This document shows, in pieces, positions 37,647-49,072 of a stretch of 64,000 nucleotides of DNA. Source of the DNA: Octopus sinensis (lineage: Eukaryota); the NCBI RefSeq assembly GCF_006345805.1, contig NC_043012.1, positions 15,686,001-15,750,000 of the forward strand, in the 5' to 3' direction. Positions within the stretch are counted from its first letter, which is position 1. Every line of letters starts with the position of its first letter. The translations under genes and the position numbers were made by a program. The notes under the pieces were generated by a model. That model worked only from the letters and a program-made list of their open reading frames with translations. It had not been told where the DNA came from and ran no database searches.

Positions 37647-37652
37647 TTTATT
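37647..37652 (-). promoter_or_regulatory. Candidate polyadenylation signal of the D10C gene
   Basis: AATAAA on the minus strand about 420 nt after the stop codon. Weak evidence in AT-rich DNA. Confidence 0.3.
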
Positions 37653-38068
37653 ATTACAACTTATATGACTCAATATCAGTACAAACTAGCTGGTCAGGAC
37701 TACATTTATGCGGATACACTAACAAAAATTTGGAGTAATTTGAGTTGAAAATTCTGGTGCCGTGCACCCTCCCAATACTGGAAACCATTAATTGTTATTG
37801 TATGTTGTTGTTGTTGATAATGATGTCGATGTAGTTGTAGTAAATTAGTTGCCGCAGCAACAGAAGTCATTGTATTGCAGTAATGATTGTGACAGTAGAA
37901 GTAGTAGTTGTTGTGGTAGCTGTATAGTTTGGTATGTTTTTCAGGTTTTTTTTTTGTAGTTTTGAAATAATTATTCCTGATGATTTTAAACTGAAGAATT
38001 GTCAAAGGATTAACTCTTTGTCATTGACAATGTCTTTTGCTGATCTGGTGCTCACAGCGAGCACTTAC

Positions 38069-38386
38069 TCATAAAATTGTGTCTTCAATATTCATAGTGT
38101 CTTTTTCGGGTCTGAACTGGTCAATTGGTATGACGAGGCCCTCGGTTCCATCAAGTGGCTGCGAGTTGAAGTCATTAGGATGGCTTCTCATGGTCAAATT
38201 ATTCAGGTCATTGATTGCTTTGATGCTGTTTGAGTAGGATAGGTTGTTACCTGGATTGACACCATGATAAGAACTGCCAAGGCTGCTCCCTAATTTCTCT
38301 TCTTTCTCATCATGAAGGATAACATCATCACTGTAGGGGCTTTCGTTAATCAAAGCATCTCGTCGAGGGACCACAGTCACATGATA
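38069..38386 (-). CDS. D10C-mucin membrane protein, terminal exon (cytoplasmic tail)
   Basis: cattttacag|, phase 0. YHVTVVPRRDALINESPYSDD...SSYHGV...EKDTMNIEDTIL*. Confidence 0.8.
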   Translation of the reverse strand, partial: YHVTVVPRRDALINESPYSDDVILHDEKEEKLGSSLGSSYHGVNPGNNLSYSNSIKAINDLNNLTMRSHPNDFNSQPLDGTEGLVIPIDQFRPEKDTMNIEDTIL

Positions 38387-39224
38387 CTGTAAAATGAAAC
38401 ATCAAATAGATAAAAAAATGAATATTGTCAATTATAGAAGTTGCATGATATTTAAATGATACTTGTAATTAAAACCATTTAATAATTAACTGGACCAGGT
38501 ATATTTAAAGGGAAAATTTGACAAGTCAGTCAGCCACCGGCTGACACTCGCTGACGATACATCGAAGAGGCCAGGGAACAGAAGAAAGAAGAAGAAAGAC
38601 GTGCACCCAACACCAGAGCTGAAGACACCTTCGAAAGTGGGGGCCCCACCATGTCAAAACGGTAGAGGTGTAGGGGCCAAAACCGGACGTGGTTCCTCCT
38701 GATGATGTCTTGAGCTAACTGGATCCTATAAAGGAGCTGTTGTGGTAGCAGACCACGAAACACGGTTGTAATTCCTCCATGATGATAAAAAAGAGTGCAG
38801 GAGTAATATTATCAATTAATGATGTCGGCAGTTAATAATGGATCTTTTCTGGAACAAGTGAGTAATAATATGAGATTCAGCATGAAAAATTACATCAATA
38901 TACCAAATTTGAAAATGTTTACCTAATTCTAAAATTTCAGAAAGTGAAAGTCAAACGGAAAAGATCAGAGTAAGTTCATGGTCAGATGAGCATAATTTGA
39001 ATACTAAATTTTATACCTACAAATACAACTGAGATACAAGCAGTTTGAATTAGAAAGTTAATTTAACCAATTGCTCATAATTATCAATAATTCCTCAACA
39101 AGAGGTAATTGGAACCGCATATATACTAGCCAAGTTAATGTAGAATTTCACTTAAATTTCAAATAAAATATTAAGAGAAATAGATGATTTTATCGGAAAA
39201 TTCTTTGCTCAAATGCTACAAATT

Positions 39225-39585
39225 CATCATCATCATCGTTTAACGTCCGTTTTCCATGTTAGCATGGGTTGGACGGTTCGACTAGGGTCTGGGAAGCCAG
39301 GAGGCTGCACCAGGCTCCAGTCTGATCTGGCAGTGTTTCTACAGCTGGATGCCTTTCCTGACGCCAACCACTCCGTGAGTGTAGTGTGTGCTTTTTAGGT
39401 GCTACCGACACGGAAGCCAGTCATGGCGGCGCTGGCTTCGGTCACGTACAGATGGTGCTTTTTACGTGCCACCGACGCAGGTGCCAGCGGAGACTGGCAA
39501 CGGCCACGATCGGTTGGTGCTTTTTTCGTGCCACCGGCAGGGAAGCCAGTCAAGGCAGCGCTGGCATCGGCCACGTACGGATGAA
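39225..39585 (-). mobile_element. SINE family B with 3 subrepeats
   Basis: Family B tail and core plus ggtgctttttacgtgccaccg repeats. Confidence 0.88.
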
Positions 39586-40120
39586 TTCAAGATAAAAATT
39601 AGTTCTGATTCTTGGTACATTAGATGATATTAGATCTGTTGGCAATGTCATATATGGAACCATATTTTGTGCTTTCCTTAAACCAGGTGAGGTCATGCAC
39701 ACATTTGTAAGTCATTGTTTTTGTTGTAAATATTTTATCATCTAGAATTAAAAATTCAAGTTCTTTTTCTGCTTCGATTCTGTTGAACTTGTAAACGGGG
39801 TCAATAACCCCCATTCACTTACCCATTAAATCTATTGTTCCTTATTAACATTCTCATTCCTCCTATTATACAGGTGTTTGATTTTAGATCAAACAATCAT
39901 CATGTCATATAACCAACTGTCTATGCAAGCAGGTGAACCATTTCAACCTGGATCTCTCTATATTATTTGATCCAAGAAAGTTGTGGTTGGATATACCTGT
40001 TACTTGTTATAAATTTTCAACTGTTTCTTCGTTTTTTATTTACTTTTTTATTAATAACTGGCCGAAATTACAGAGTGATTCAAGGCCAAGTGTTTTATAC
40101 ATTGGCACTTACCAAACTAA

Positions 40121-40145
40121 TAATATATATATATATATATATATA

Positions 40146-40224
<79 letters not shown>

Positions 40225-40229
40225 ATATT

Positions 40230-40276
<47 letters not shown>

Positions 40277-40304
40277 ATAATATATATATATATATATAAT
40301 ATAT

Positions 40305-40340
<36 letters not shown>
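40121..40340. repeat. Long (TA)n/(TG)n microsatellite
   Basis: Direct reading. Confidence 0.95.
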
Positions 40341-40342
<2 letters not shown>

Positions 40343-40617
40343 GAGGCTCAATGGCCTAGTGGTTAGGGCAGCGGACTCGCGGTTTCGATTCCCAGACCGG
40401 GCGTTGTGTGTGTTTATTGAGCGAAAACACCTAAAAAGCTCCACGAGGCTCCGGCAGGGGGTGGTGATCCCTGGTGTACTCTTTCACCACTCTTTCTTCT
40501 GTTGGCCTGCTCGCTTAGCCAGCGGGGTGGCGTCATTCGAAGGCTAAAGCAATGCGAACGCATTGTGACCAGCGATGTGTAACAACGTCTGATTGTCTGG
40601 TCGGTCACGTGATCACG

Positions 40618-40620
<3 letters not shown>
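40339..40620 (+). mobile_element. SINE family D variant; a 3' fragment of it also at 35234-35345
   Basis: tggaggctcaatggcctagtggttagggcagcggactcgc...ggtcggtcacgtgat. Confidence 0.85.
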
Positions 40621-40660
<40 letters not shown>

Positions 40661-40662
40661 TG

Positions 40663-40912
40663 TAGAGTCACGTGGCTTAGTGATTCAGCATAATGTCAGC
40701 ATGATGATCGTAAGATTGTGGTTTCGATTCCTGGACCAGGCAACGCATGTTCTTGAGCAAAACACTTCATTTCACGTTGCTCCAGTCCACTCAGCTGGCA
40801 AAAGTGAGTAACGCTGCGATGGACTGGCGTCCCGTCCAGCTGGGGAACACATACACCATTGAAACCGGGAAACCGGGCCCATGAGCCTGGCTAGGCTTTA
40901 AAAGGGCGCATT
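40663..40912 (+). mobile_element. SINE family C
   Basis: Closely matches 11229-11490; flanked by (TA)n. Confidence 0.88.
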
Positions 40913-42342
40913 TATATATATATATATATACTCGTTTTGTGTTCTATTTTTCTGTTTGCATCACTAAACCAAATGTTTCATTGTTGATATCTTTTCATGT
41001 TAGGGGTGCTCATAGTTTACACTTGATAGATACTTTCATCTTGTCAGCATTATAGACCCCAGGACAAAGTAATGCATTAGGAATCCAACGTATATTAGGA
41101 ATCCACAGCATACATAGTTCGGCAGCAGGCCCCTAGATCCCTAAGATTGCCTGATCAACTGCCCAGTGGGTTTATGCTTAACCTGGCATTGCCAATAGGT
41201 ATCATTCAAACAGTGTTATTGTTACAACATGTAGTTCTTCTAATAGCTTTGATTGCTTTGAACTTACTTTTGTAGTAGAAGAGTGCATTTCATTGAAACA
41301 AATACTTTATTAGCAACATTGTAATATTGTTATACCCAGAGCTCAGAATATTGCTTAAGGAGACTGGAAAAAATTTATATCACTCAGAGTAGATTAGAGC
41401 TCTTACAAATATGTAAAAAGAGGAGAAATAAGACAGCAATAATAATTGGAACATCTGTTCGATTCTTTCAATACTTGCATCCTCTTCAAGAAACCACAAA
41501 TTGACAACAAGCACCATCTTTACAATAGAAATCTGTACAGCATTTAATTTCTTGCAGCACACGAGACTGCTTTTTTGTTTTAAGTCTTTAAACCAAAGAA
41601 AGAAACATTGTTTTCGTTTTCCAGTTGTTAGTGGCAATATTGACTACAAAAAGAAGAACAAGAGATAACAATTATTTCTTACACTAACACAAAGCTATCA
41701 TAGATATAGGTCCATAGAAAAGAGGAGTGATGCTGATGAGGCGTATGTTTTCCTCAAGTGTATTGAGTAAAATGTAAGTAATACTATATATGTAAAAACT
41801 ATAAAATGAATTCGGTATTGTCACTACACTACAGTACAAACGACCACAACATGACCATAGTGGTGGTTGTGATTGTGGTAGTGAGAAAGATGAGGATGAA
41901 GTGGGTGATGATAATACAGAAAATAATAATGAGGAGGAGGAGTAGGCGGAGAAGAAAGGGGGAAATGTATTTGTTCGTTAACATTGAAAGCAAAACAAAG
42001 ACAGTACGAAACGATGTTTTCTGTACATCGTTGATTGTTTTCGTTCGTAAATCATTGATGACGTCTCTTGTCAGTAACGAAGCGAATAATAAATCGAATG
42101 ATCTTGTGAATAGTTGATAGCATTGGGGGAAGTTGTCAGGTGTCACTTGTTACAAACACACGCATCCATACGCACGCATACATACGCATTCATACTCACT
42201 CTTTCTCTCTTCTGTCACAAACACACACGCAGACATTTACACGATCTAGAACCCACGTTTTATAAATATATTTCATAAACACACGGGTCTAAAAAAAATT
42301 CTCTCTCTCACGCACACGCTCATACCCAAAAATTACTCCACA

Positions 42343-42389
<47 letters not shown>

Positions 42390-42462
42390 GCACACGCGTA
42401 CATATGCTTTCATATTCAAAGGTCAGAGAAACTGAGAATAAAAAGGAAACAATTTGTCTCAC

Positions 42463-42618
42463 CTGTTCGGCTAACGCCCGATCCCAATGGCCCGAATGGC
42501 GTTGGCAATAGAGGTACATACAGCTGGATAGTAGGAGTATAAGACAAAGAAACCCAATTATCATTAAAATGATAAATAGAGCCAAATATTCTTGGAAGAT
42601 GTCCTGTGATGGTTCAGC
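42463..42618 (-). CDS. D10C-mucin membrane protein, transmembrane exon
   Basis: ccccaacag| ... |gtgaga, phase 0-0. AEPSQDIFQEYLALFIILMIIGFLCLILLLSSCMYLYCQRHSGHWDRALAEQ, a single TM helix. Confidence 0.9.
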
Positions 42619-42719
42619 CTGTTGGGGAGAGAGAGACATAGAAAGGATTGACGGTAAGGATAAAAAGAGAAAACCAAATGGAAAAATAATTTTATATGTG
42701 TTTGTGTGTGTGTGTGTGT

Positions 42720-42936
42720 ATTCTTTTACTTGTTTCAGACGCCAGACTGTGACCATGCCGGAGCACAATCTTGAAGAATTTTAGTCGAACAAACTGACTT
42801 TAAAAAAAAAAAAAAATTTTGTACCTATTCTATCGGGTACTGTGGCCGAACTGCTAGGTTTGGGGAACGTAAACACACCAATACCGGTTGTCAAACGGAG
42901 GCGAGGGACAAACACAAACATACACACACACACGTG

Positions 42937-42969
<33 letters not shown>

Positions 42970-43078
42970 CACACACACAATGAACTTTTCTGTTTCCGTC
43001 TACCAAATCCACTCACAAGCCTTTCGTTAGCCCCAGACTTGCCCAATGTGGCACGCAGTGGGACTGAACCCAGAGCAA
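42720..43078 (-). mobile_element. SINE family A (reverse)
   Basis: Reverse complement of the family A body; its tail lies about 100 nt upstream of the TM exon acceptor. Confidence 0.8.
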
Positions 43079-43334
43079 CGTTTATAATAATAATATTTTT
43101 TATTATAAATGATCTTACCATTCTTTTTACTTTACATGAAATAATCTTGACATTCTACAGTTGATTTATTTCCATTTATTTACGAGTATTATAAATTTTA
43201 TAGGTAAAATATTTTTCTGGGAACGAATTACGATTTATAATATTGCTACTATGGGATTTTATTGCTCTGCTTTCGAATTTTCGCTTTACGAGCAGTCTCC
43301 GGGAACAAATTAATTCGTGTATCGGGGCATTACT

Positions 43335-43353
43335 GTATATATATATATGTATA

Positions 43354-43434
<81 letters not shown>

Positions 43435-43463
43435 TAATATATATATAATATATATATATATAT

Positions 43464-43512
<49 letters not shown>

Positions 43513-43535
43513 TGTGTGTTGTGTGTGTGTGTGTT
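43335..43535. repeat. (TA)n/(TG)n microsatellite
   Basis: Direct reading. Confidence 0.95.
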
Positions 43536-43559
43536 TCATGTACTGAAAGCACGACAGAT

Positions 43560-44950
43560 TTTTTTAACACGTCTGGTGTCCTAGCACAAGCTTCGAGTAC
43601 TGCCCACATAGCATAACAAACTACATATGTGTCGATAGGATAAAGGAAAAAATAAGAAAAAGCGAGTAAGAAGTAGATATAGAAGGTGGAAAATTGTAAA
43701 AATGGAAAGCGGAAAAGAAAATAGAAAGAAGCAAAAGGAGAGGATTAGAACTATTACTCCTTAAACCGTAAAAATATGAGACTGAAAAGATAATGGCTTA
43801 CAGTCTGTAGTACAATTGTTCAATCCAGAGAGGGTGTTACTTGCCAATTCGTCAACAGGAACTTAGCTATATGCTTACAACCGCTGAAAATTTTGGATCG
43901 CAAATACAGCAGTGTGTTAGAGTTCTTAGATCTGAAAAGGGTCTGAGTTTTTTCAGTTACGCATAGCTTACATTATTTTTTTGTTCCGTTAACATATATA
44001 TGATGTGGATTTTTTCGACTATTTTCTACTTTGTCCTATGTGGTGTGGCGTTCGACTTCAAACCTCATACGTAGCTAGCCAACTTAGTAGCTTTACTTTT
44101 GTCCCTGTGTCGGAAGGAAGATATGTGATTAGCATAGCGATTTTTCAATTCGCCTTTAGATAGTCCGATATAGCTATTCTTATCGGTTGTGTTATCATCT
44201 AGCATTACTGTAACTTCTGCCTCATATATGATGGATTTAATCATACATCCCTGGTTGGGTGAACATGTTCCTGGGTCTCGACAGTTACAATAGGAAGTGG
44301 GCTCTTGGTGTTGTTTTTGTGTAATGATGCTTTTCATATTGAGACAGCAGCTGCATGATAATTTCACTGAGTGCCAGTTAAATATTTTCCTGTACCTGTG
44401 ATTTTCTGGAAAACGCTTGTTTTCGAGAGACAGGAAACTTTTACCTATGTTAGTTTTTACATTAAGGGAAAAGGTAGAGGTGAACCAAATCATTTTTCTA
44501 GGTCTATTTTCAGATCTATTATTATTATTATTATTATTATTATTCCGATTAACATTAGATGGTTTATAGATTAATTTATCCTTAAAGACATTATTGGCTA
44601 GAGCATTGTTGTAGTAGGAGGCTGTCTTCTGGAAAATTTCTTTAGAGAAAATGAGATTAGAAACTCTGATACTAATGTTAGCTATCAGATTTTTAAATAC
44701 TACAGTGGGGTAACAATACCGTTTATGTATATAGGAAAGTTTCTCGTTGGGATTTGGTAAAGTTTATAAGAGAAGGAGTTCAGATCCAGGAAAATATCTA
44801 AAAAGATCAACTTTAGATGTTTACACATATTACGATGAGCTTGAACAATTTAATCATAACAACTTGTTACATTTGGTGATCCCGACATGATTCTAACCTT
44901 CTCTACATATGTGTAGGCAGAACTGTACGACGATAAAAGAAAAAGGTTCG
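43560..44950 (-). mobile_element. Penelope-like element fragment (RT end plus GIY-YIG)
   Basis: PNEKLSYIHK..FKNLIANISIRVS..YNNALA..RPRKMIWF..CNCRDPGTC..KSIIYEAEV..SYIGLSKGELKNRYANHISSFRH. The 3' region holds a decayed hammerhead at about 43797-43832. Confidence 0.9.
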
Positions 44951-45014
44951 TAGTAAACATTGTTCAGACACTCGTATATTTACTATAAGACATTCACAAA
45001 ACTTTTTCTGTTAC

Positions 45015-45136
45015 CGTAATTGTTTGATTTGGCGTTACTGTCTTGTCGAAAGTTGTTATAACTGGTGTTATACTCGTTCTATGGGGAGTAGCAGGTGAAA
45101 CTGTCGAATTGTGTATGGAATATTTCTCTTTCCAGG
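45015..45136 (-). CDS. D10C-mucin membrane protein, second stalk exon (not in the ORF track)
   Basis: ttttttacag| ... |gtaaca, phase 1-0. AWKEKYSIHNSTVSPATPHRTSITPVITTFDKTVTPNQTIT; it resolves the phase mismatch between the 48 kb and 42 kb exons. Confidence 0.85.
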
Positions 45137-45195
45137 CTGTAAAAAATGGAATTCTCTTTTAACATTTAAAAAAGTACTTTGTAGTGGTTGAAATT

Positions 45196-45232
<37 letters not shown>

Positions 45233-45241
45233 TATATATAT

Positions 45242-45315
<74 letters not shown>

Positions 45316-45700
45316 GCTACAAAATTAGAAAATGGAGAAACATACTTAAATCAATCAAACATCAACCAACAGATGATACCCAATCAATACTTTATTACAC
45401 CATTACATAACAGTAAAGGCATTATACAAAATATACTGTAAATATAATTAGACAAGGAAATAGAAATATAAAATATAAAATATAATATGTAATTATATCA
45501 TATCTGACAGCTGTTTCGGCAGTAAGGGCAATCATGCCTCATTTAACCTATAAGCCATATAAGGCAGGTATAAATGAGACATTAACAAGGATGCCCCACG
45601 GCCTCTTCAGAGAATTTAATAAATTATAATTATGAAAAAATTTTTTTTCCATATACATATCAATATAAAAATGTAAAATATAAAAAACGGTGCATAGACA
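45316..45700 (-). mobile_element. Probable Penelope pLTR-derived segment carrying a hammerhead
   Basis: AT-rich block between (TA)n and (CA)n tracts that contains the 45503-45613 ribozyme. Confidence 0.55.
45503..45613 (-). ncRNA. Minimal type I hammerhead ribozyme, canonical core, long stem II
   Basis: Minus strand: tct-CTGAAGA-ggc..(long paired stem II)..gcc-GAAA-cagctg-TC-aga. Stem I tct/aga, palindromic loop 3, GUC cleavage triplet. Confidence 0.85.
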
Positions 45701-45738
45701 CCATAATACCACACACACACACACACACACACACACAC

Positions 45739-45773
<35 letters not shown>

Positions 45774-45954
45774 TATATATATATATATATATATTCATTA
45801 ATACAATAATACAATATACACAAAACAAAATAAAACAAAATATATATCAATATATATTAATAAGCTCAGTTATTCTACATATTGAGTTAATAGTTCTAAG
45901 ACTACCACACAAGAAGATATATGCACACTCACATTTAAATTAAAATCAGACTTT

Positions 45955-45990
45955 GTATATACATATATATGTATATACATATATATATAT

Positions 45991-46051
<61 letters not shown>

Positions 46052-46127
46052 CATATATATGTATATATATATATATATACATATATATGTATATATATAA
46101 TATATATATATATATTATATATATACA

Positions 46128-46195
<68 letters not shown>
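45955..46195. repeat. Long imperfect (TA)n; further tracts at 45200-45315 and 45710-45795
   Basis: Direct reading. Confidence 0.95.
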
Positions 46196-46198
<3 letters not shown>

Positions 46199-46430
46199 TA
46201 GAGAAGAACCACCATGTAGCAATTCAACAATGATATAATTAAATCATACCATATAGAAAAAAATTAAATATACGATAAAACATATGCCTATAATTAAGTA
46301 AAGTACAAAATAATAAATAAGTAGTATATAATTGGTAAAAAAGACTACACGTGTTTCGTGGCTATATTTTCAAACTGATAATAGTAAAATCAATTCCATT
46401 TAAATATAGTCACTCATCAGGTCACTCGGT
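46196..46430 (-). mobile_element. Probable Penelope pLTR-derived segment carrying a hammerhead
   Basis: Ends in (TA)n and contains the 46343-46423 ribozyme. Confidence 0.55.
46343..46423 (-). ncRNA. Minimal type I hammerhead ribozyme, canonical core
   Basis: Minus strand: gac-CTGATGA-gtgactatattt..aaatatagccac-GAAA-cacgtg-TA-gtc. Stem I gac/gtc, 12-bp stem II with one mismatch, palindromic loop 3, GUA triplet. Confidence 0.85.
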
Positions 46431-46792
46431 TGTTGTTGTTTTGGTCAAGGTCAAATCTGATCGAACAGACCTAAGATCAAAGGCTTTCCAAACGTGACTA
46501 CCCCTATGTTTTAGAGGAGTTTAGAATTGCATTATCAAAGATATTATTTTCGTAACTGCATGATTGGTTGCTATTTGAAGCTGGTCAAGTGACAACATAG
46601 TTACTCTCTTATTCCTGATGCTAAAATTCAATGAAGGAAACTATAACGGTGCTGATGAATTCTGTAGTTTGAAGCACTTAGCTCAGTTCTCCCATACGAA
46701 AAATTACCTTCAAGGGACCAGTATCATATCCGGGAGGTTTTTCTCCAAACTTTAATATTACAGAAACCGAGGGTAAACAAAGGTGCTCTATA

Positions 46793-47543
46793 CGAGTAAG
46801 CACTCAAAAGAAACCGGAAACGTTGTAGTTCAAGGTTCCGCCACTAGAAGCCACTTGACGCCACCCTCAGGCATCAGTCTGCTGACCGGCGTCGTACTTC
46901 CACGAGGTGCGTATTTGTTTGACAGTACTTCTCTTTTGTTGGTCGATTTTTTGCGATGGCTGAAACGAACGAACAGCGTGCTTCCGTGAAATTTTACTTT
47001 CTGCTGGGGCAAACGGAGACCGAAATAGTTGTGATGCTTCTAACAGCTTACAAAGACGTTGCCATGAAAACATCACAAAAATTCATGAACAGATCTTGGA
47101 GGAGCGTCCCAAAACAGTTAACGGACTTGTTGATATGACTGGTATGTCCTGGAGCTCCTGCCAACGAATTTTGAGCGAGGAATTGCGAAGGAAAAGTGTT
47201 GCAGCAAAATTTGGGCCTTGCTTGCTCACGGAAGATCAAAAGCAGTCACGGTTGAATGCGTGTCACGAACTGAAAGAACAGTTGTAAACCGATCCGGACC
47301 TATTTTTGAAGGTCATCACTGGTGACGAAAGCTGGTGCTACGGAATTAGCAGATGTGGAAGAGGTGAAGAAGAAAACGACGGAGGTGTTAAAAGGCAAGA
47401 TTTCCGGGGCTGTTTCAAACAGTGGAAAACGTATCTGAACCGATGCATTGATTCAAATAGAGAATACTTTGAAGGCGGTAAAAGTGCAGACAAGTGAATA
47501 AAAAAAATATTGCAAAATTCCGGTTTCTTTTGGGTACCCCTCG
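46793..47543 (+). mobile_element. Internally deleted mariner
   Basis: Degenerate TIRs (cgag..caaaagaaaccggaa / ccggtttcttttgggtacccctcg) with TA flanks. Remnants MAETNEQRASVKFYFLLGQTETE, KVITGDESWCYG and RCIDSNREYFEG. Confidence 0.85.
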
Positions 47544-47900
47544 TATTCATACGATTTGGAGACGCAGCCACTATAAATTATTGACAAGTTTTAATTTTGC
47601 CATGATATTTTGTATATATTAAGGTTAGAGGCATATTCACACGATATTTTATATACATTTAGGGAGATAAAAGAAATAGAGTTGCAAATCAATAAGACAC
47701 AGAGCAAATCAGGTTAATGGTGCCGAGCCAGCAGTCTTTGGTGATCTTCCGTGACGTGAGTCGTGTTTTTGATCAGAATCTCTGTTCTAGCTGTAACCAT
47801 CACTAATTTTGTTTGAAACTAGGTTGCCAGGTTGTATAAATAACCGAGAGACACAACATATGGATGAAAAATTATGAAACACAATCGATCAATAAATATT

Positions 47901-48133
47901 TATTTCTTTATTGCTTACATGGAGGCAAAACATAGAGGAGACAATCAAGGACAGACAGACGGATTAAGTCGATTATATCGACCCCAGTGCGTAACTGGTA
48001 CTTAATTTAACGATCCCGAAAGGATGAAAGGCAAAGTCGACCTCGGCGGAATTTGAACTCAGAACGTAGCGGCAGACGAAATACTGCTCGGCATTTCGCC
48101 CGGCGTGCTAACGTTTCTGCCAGCTCGCCACCT
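47901..48133 (-). mobile_element. SINE family E with 19-bp TSD
   Basis: caatcgatcaataaatatt at both 47882-47900 and 48134-48152. Confidence 0.92.
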
Positions 48134-48170
48134 CAATCGATCAATAAATATTGAAATATTCAATAATTAC

Positions 48171-48548
48171 CGGTTTCCTTTTTTTCTCCACTGCCGAAGT
48201 ATTTAAGTACTGAATCTTCGTCTTCTGTGGTGGTTTTTACTGTAACAGGCAATGTGGTGCTTTTCGTTCCTCTTACTGATCCTTTTGCAGGAAGTTTAGT
48301 GGTCAGGCTCTTGTCTGTAGTCACAGTGGCATTACGTCCTCCTTTCCTTGTTTTAATGTCTAAGATATTTGTAACGGAGCTTTTGGGTAAGTCTGTTGTT
48401 AAATTAGATCTAGTTGCACTTTCTACATTTACATCTTTTTCCGTTTGATTTACTGTGACGAAAGTTTGAGCCTGAATATCTGCAGTAGTTAAATTATGGG
48501 CATTTGAACCTATTGAGCTTATGAGAGGCGTCTCCAAAGTCGTTAGGT
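48171..48548 (-). CDS. D10C-mucin membrane protein, Thr/Ser-rich stalk exon
   Basis: tttttttag| ... |gtaatt, phase 1-1, 378 nt. DLTTLETPLISSIGSNAHNLTT...KTTTEDEDSVLKYFGSGEKKET, with several N-x-T sequons. Confidence 0.85.
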
Positions 48549-49021
48549 CTAAAAAAAAAAAAAAGTTAATATATTTTCTTGAAAGGAAAAGATTAGAGCA
48601 ATAATAATTAAAAAACGAAAGAACAAAAAGCAAAACTATATTTGTTTGATGGGCATGCAGTGTAAGATATTTAAGTTCAATATATTAATTAATACTTTGA
48701 ATAATCATAAACAACTTTTAAATGATCCATCGCTTGGATCCAAATGTCATTCACAGGAACTTTAAATCTTATCCATCTGATGATTTAGGGATTAGAACAT
48801 ATATAATGATTTTACTATTTCCTTGTCTTATTTTCTTTGTAAGCCTGGTACTTATTCTATCGGTCACTTTTTGCAGAACCTCTAAGTTACGGGGACGCAA
48901 CTTTTTTTGTGTAACACTTTATCTACTCAAAGCAAATTCATGCGCAACAACTTCCTGAACTCTCGAAGCGTTTGTACGGACTTACTGAGTTTAGGAAGTG
49001 GTCTTACTCGGTCACGAGTTG

Positions 49022-49038
49022 ACTTTTGACCATGTATT

Positions 49039-49072
<34 letters not shown>

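Noticed and set aside
41829-42146. Hydrophobic minus-strand ORF and CpG-richer patch with a near-CRE site (tgacgtct at 42059)
   Set aside because: Low-complexity triplets explain the hydrophobic stretch, and there are no good splice sites; the 42463 to 38386 junction is already in frame.
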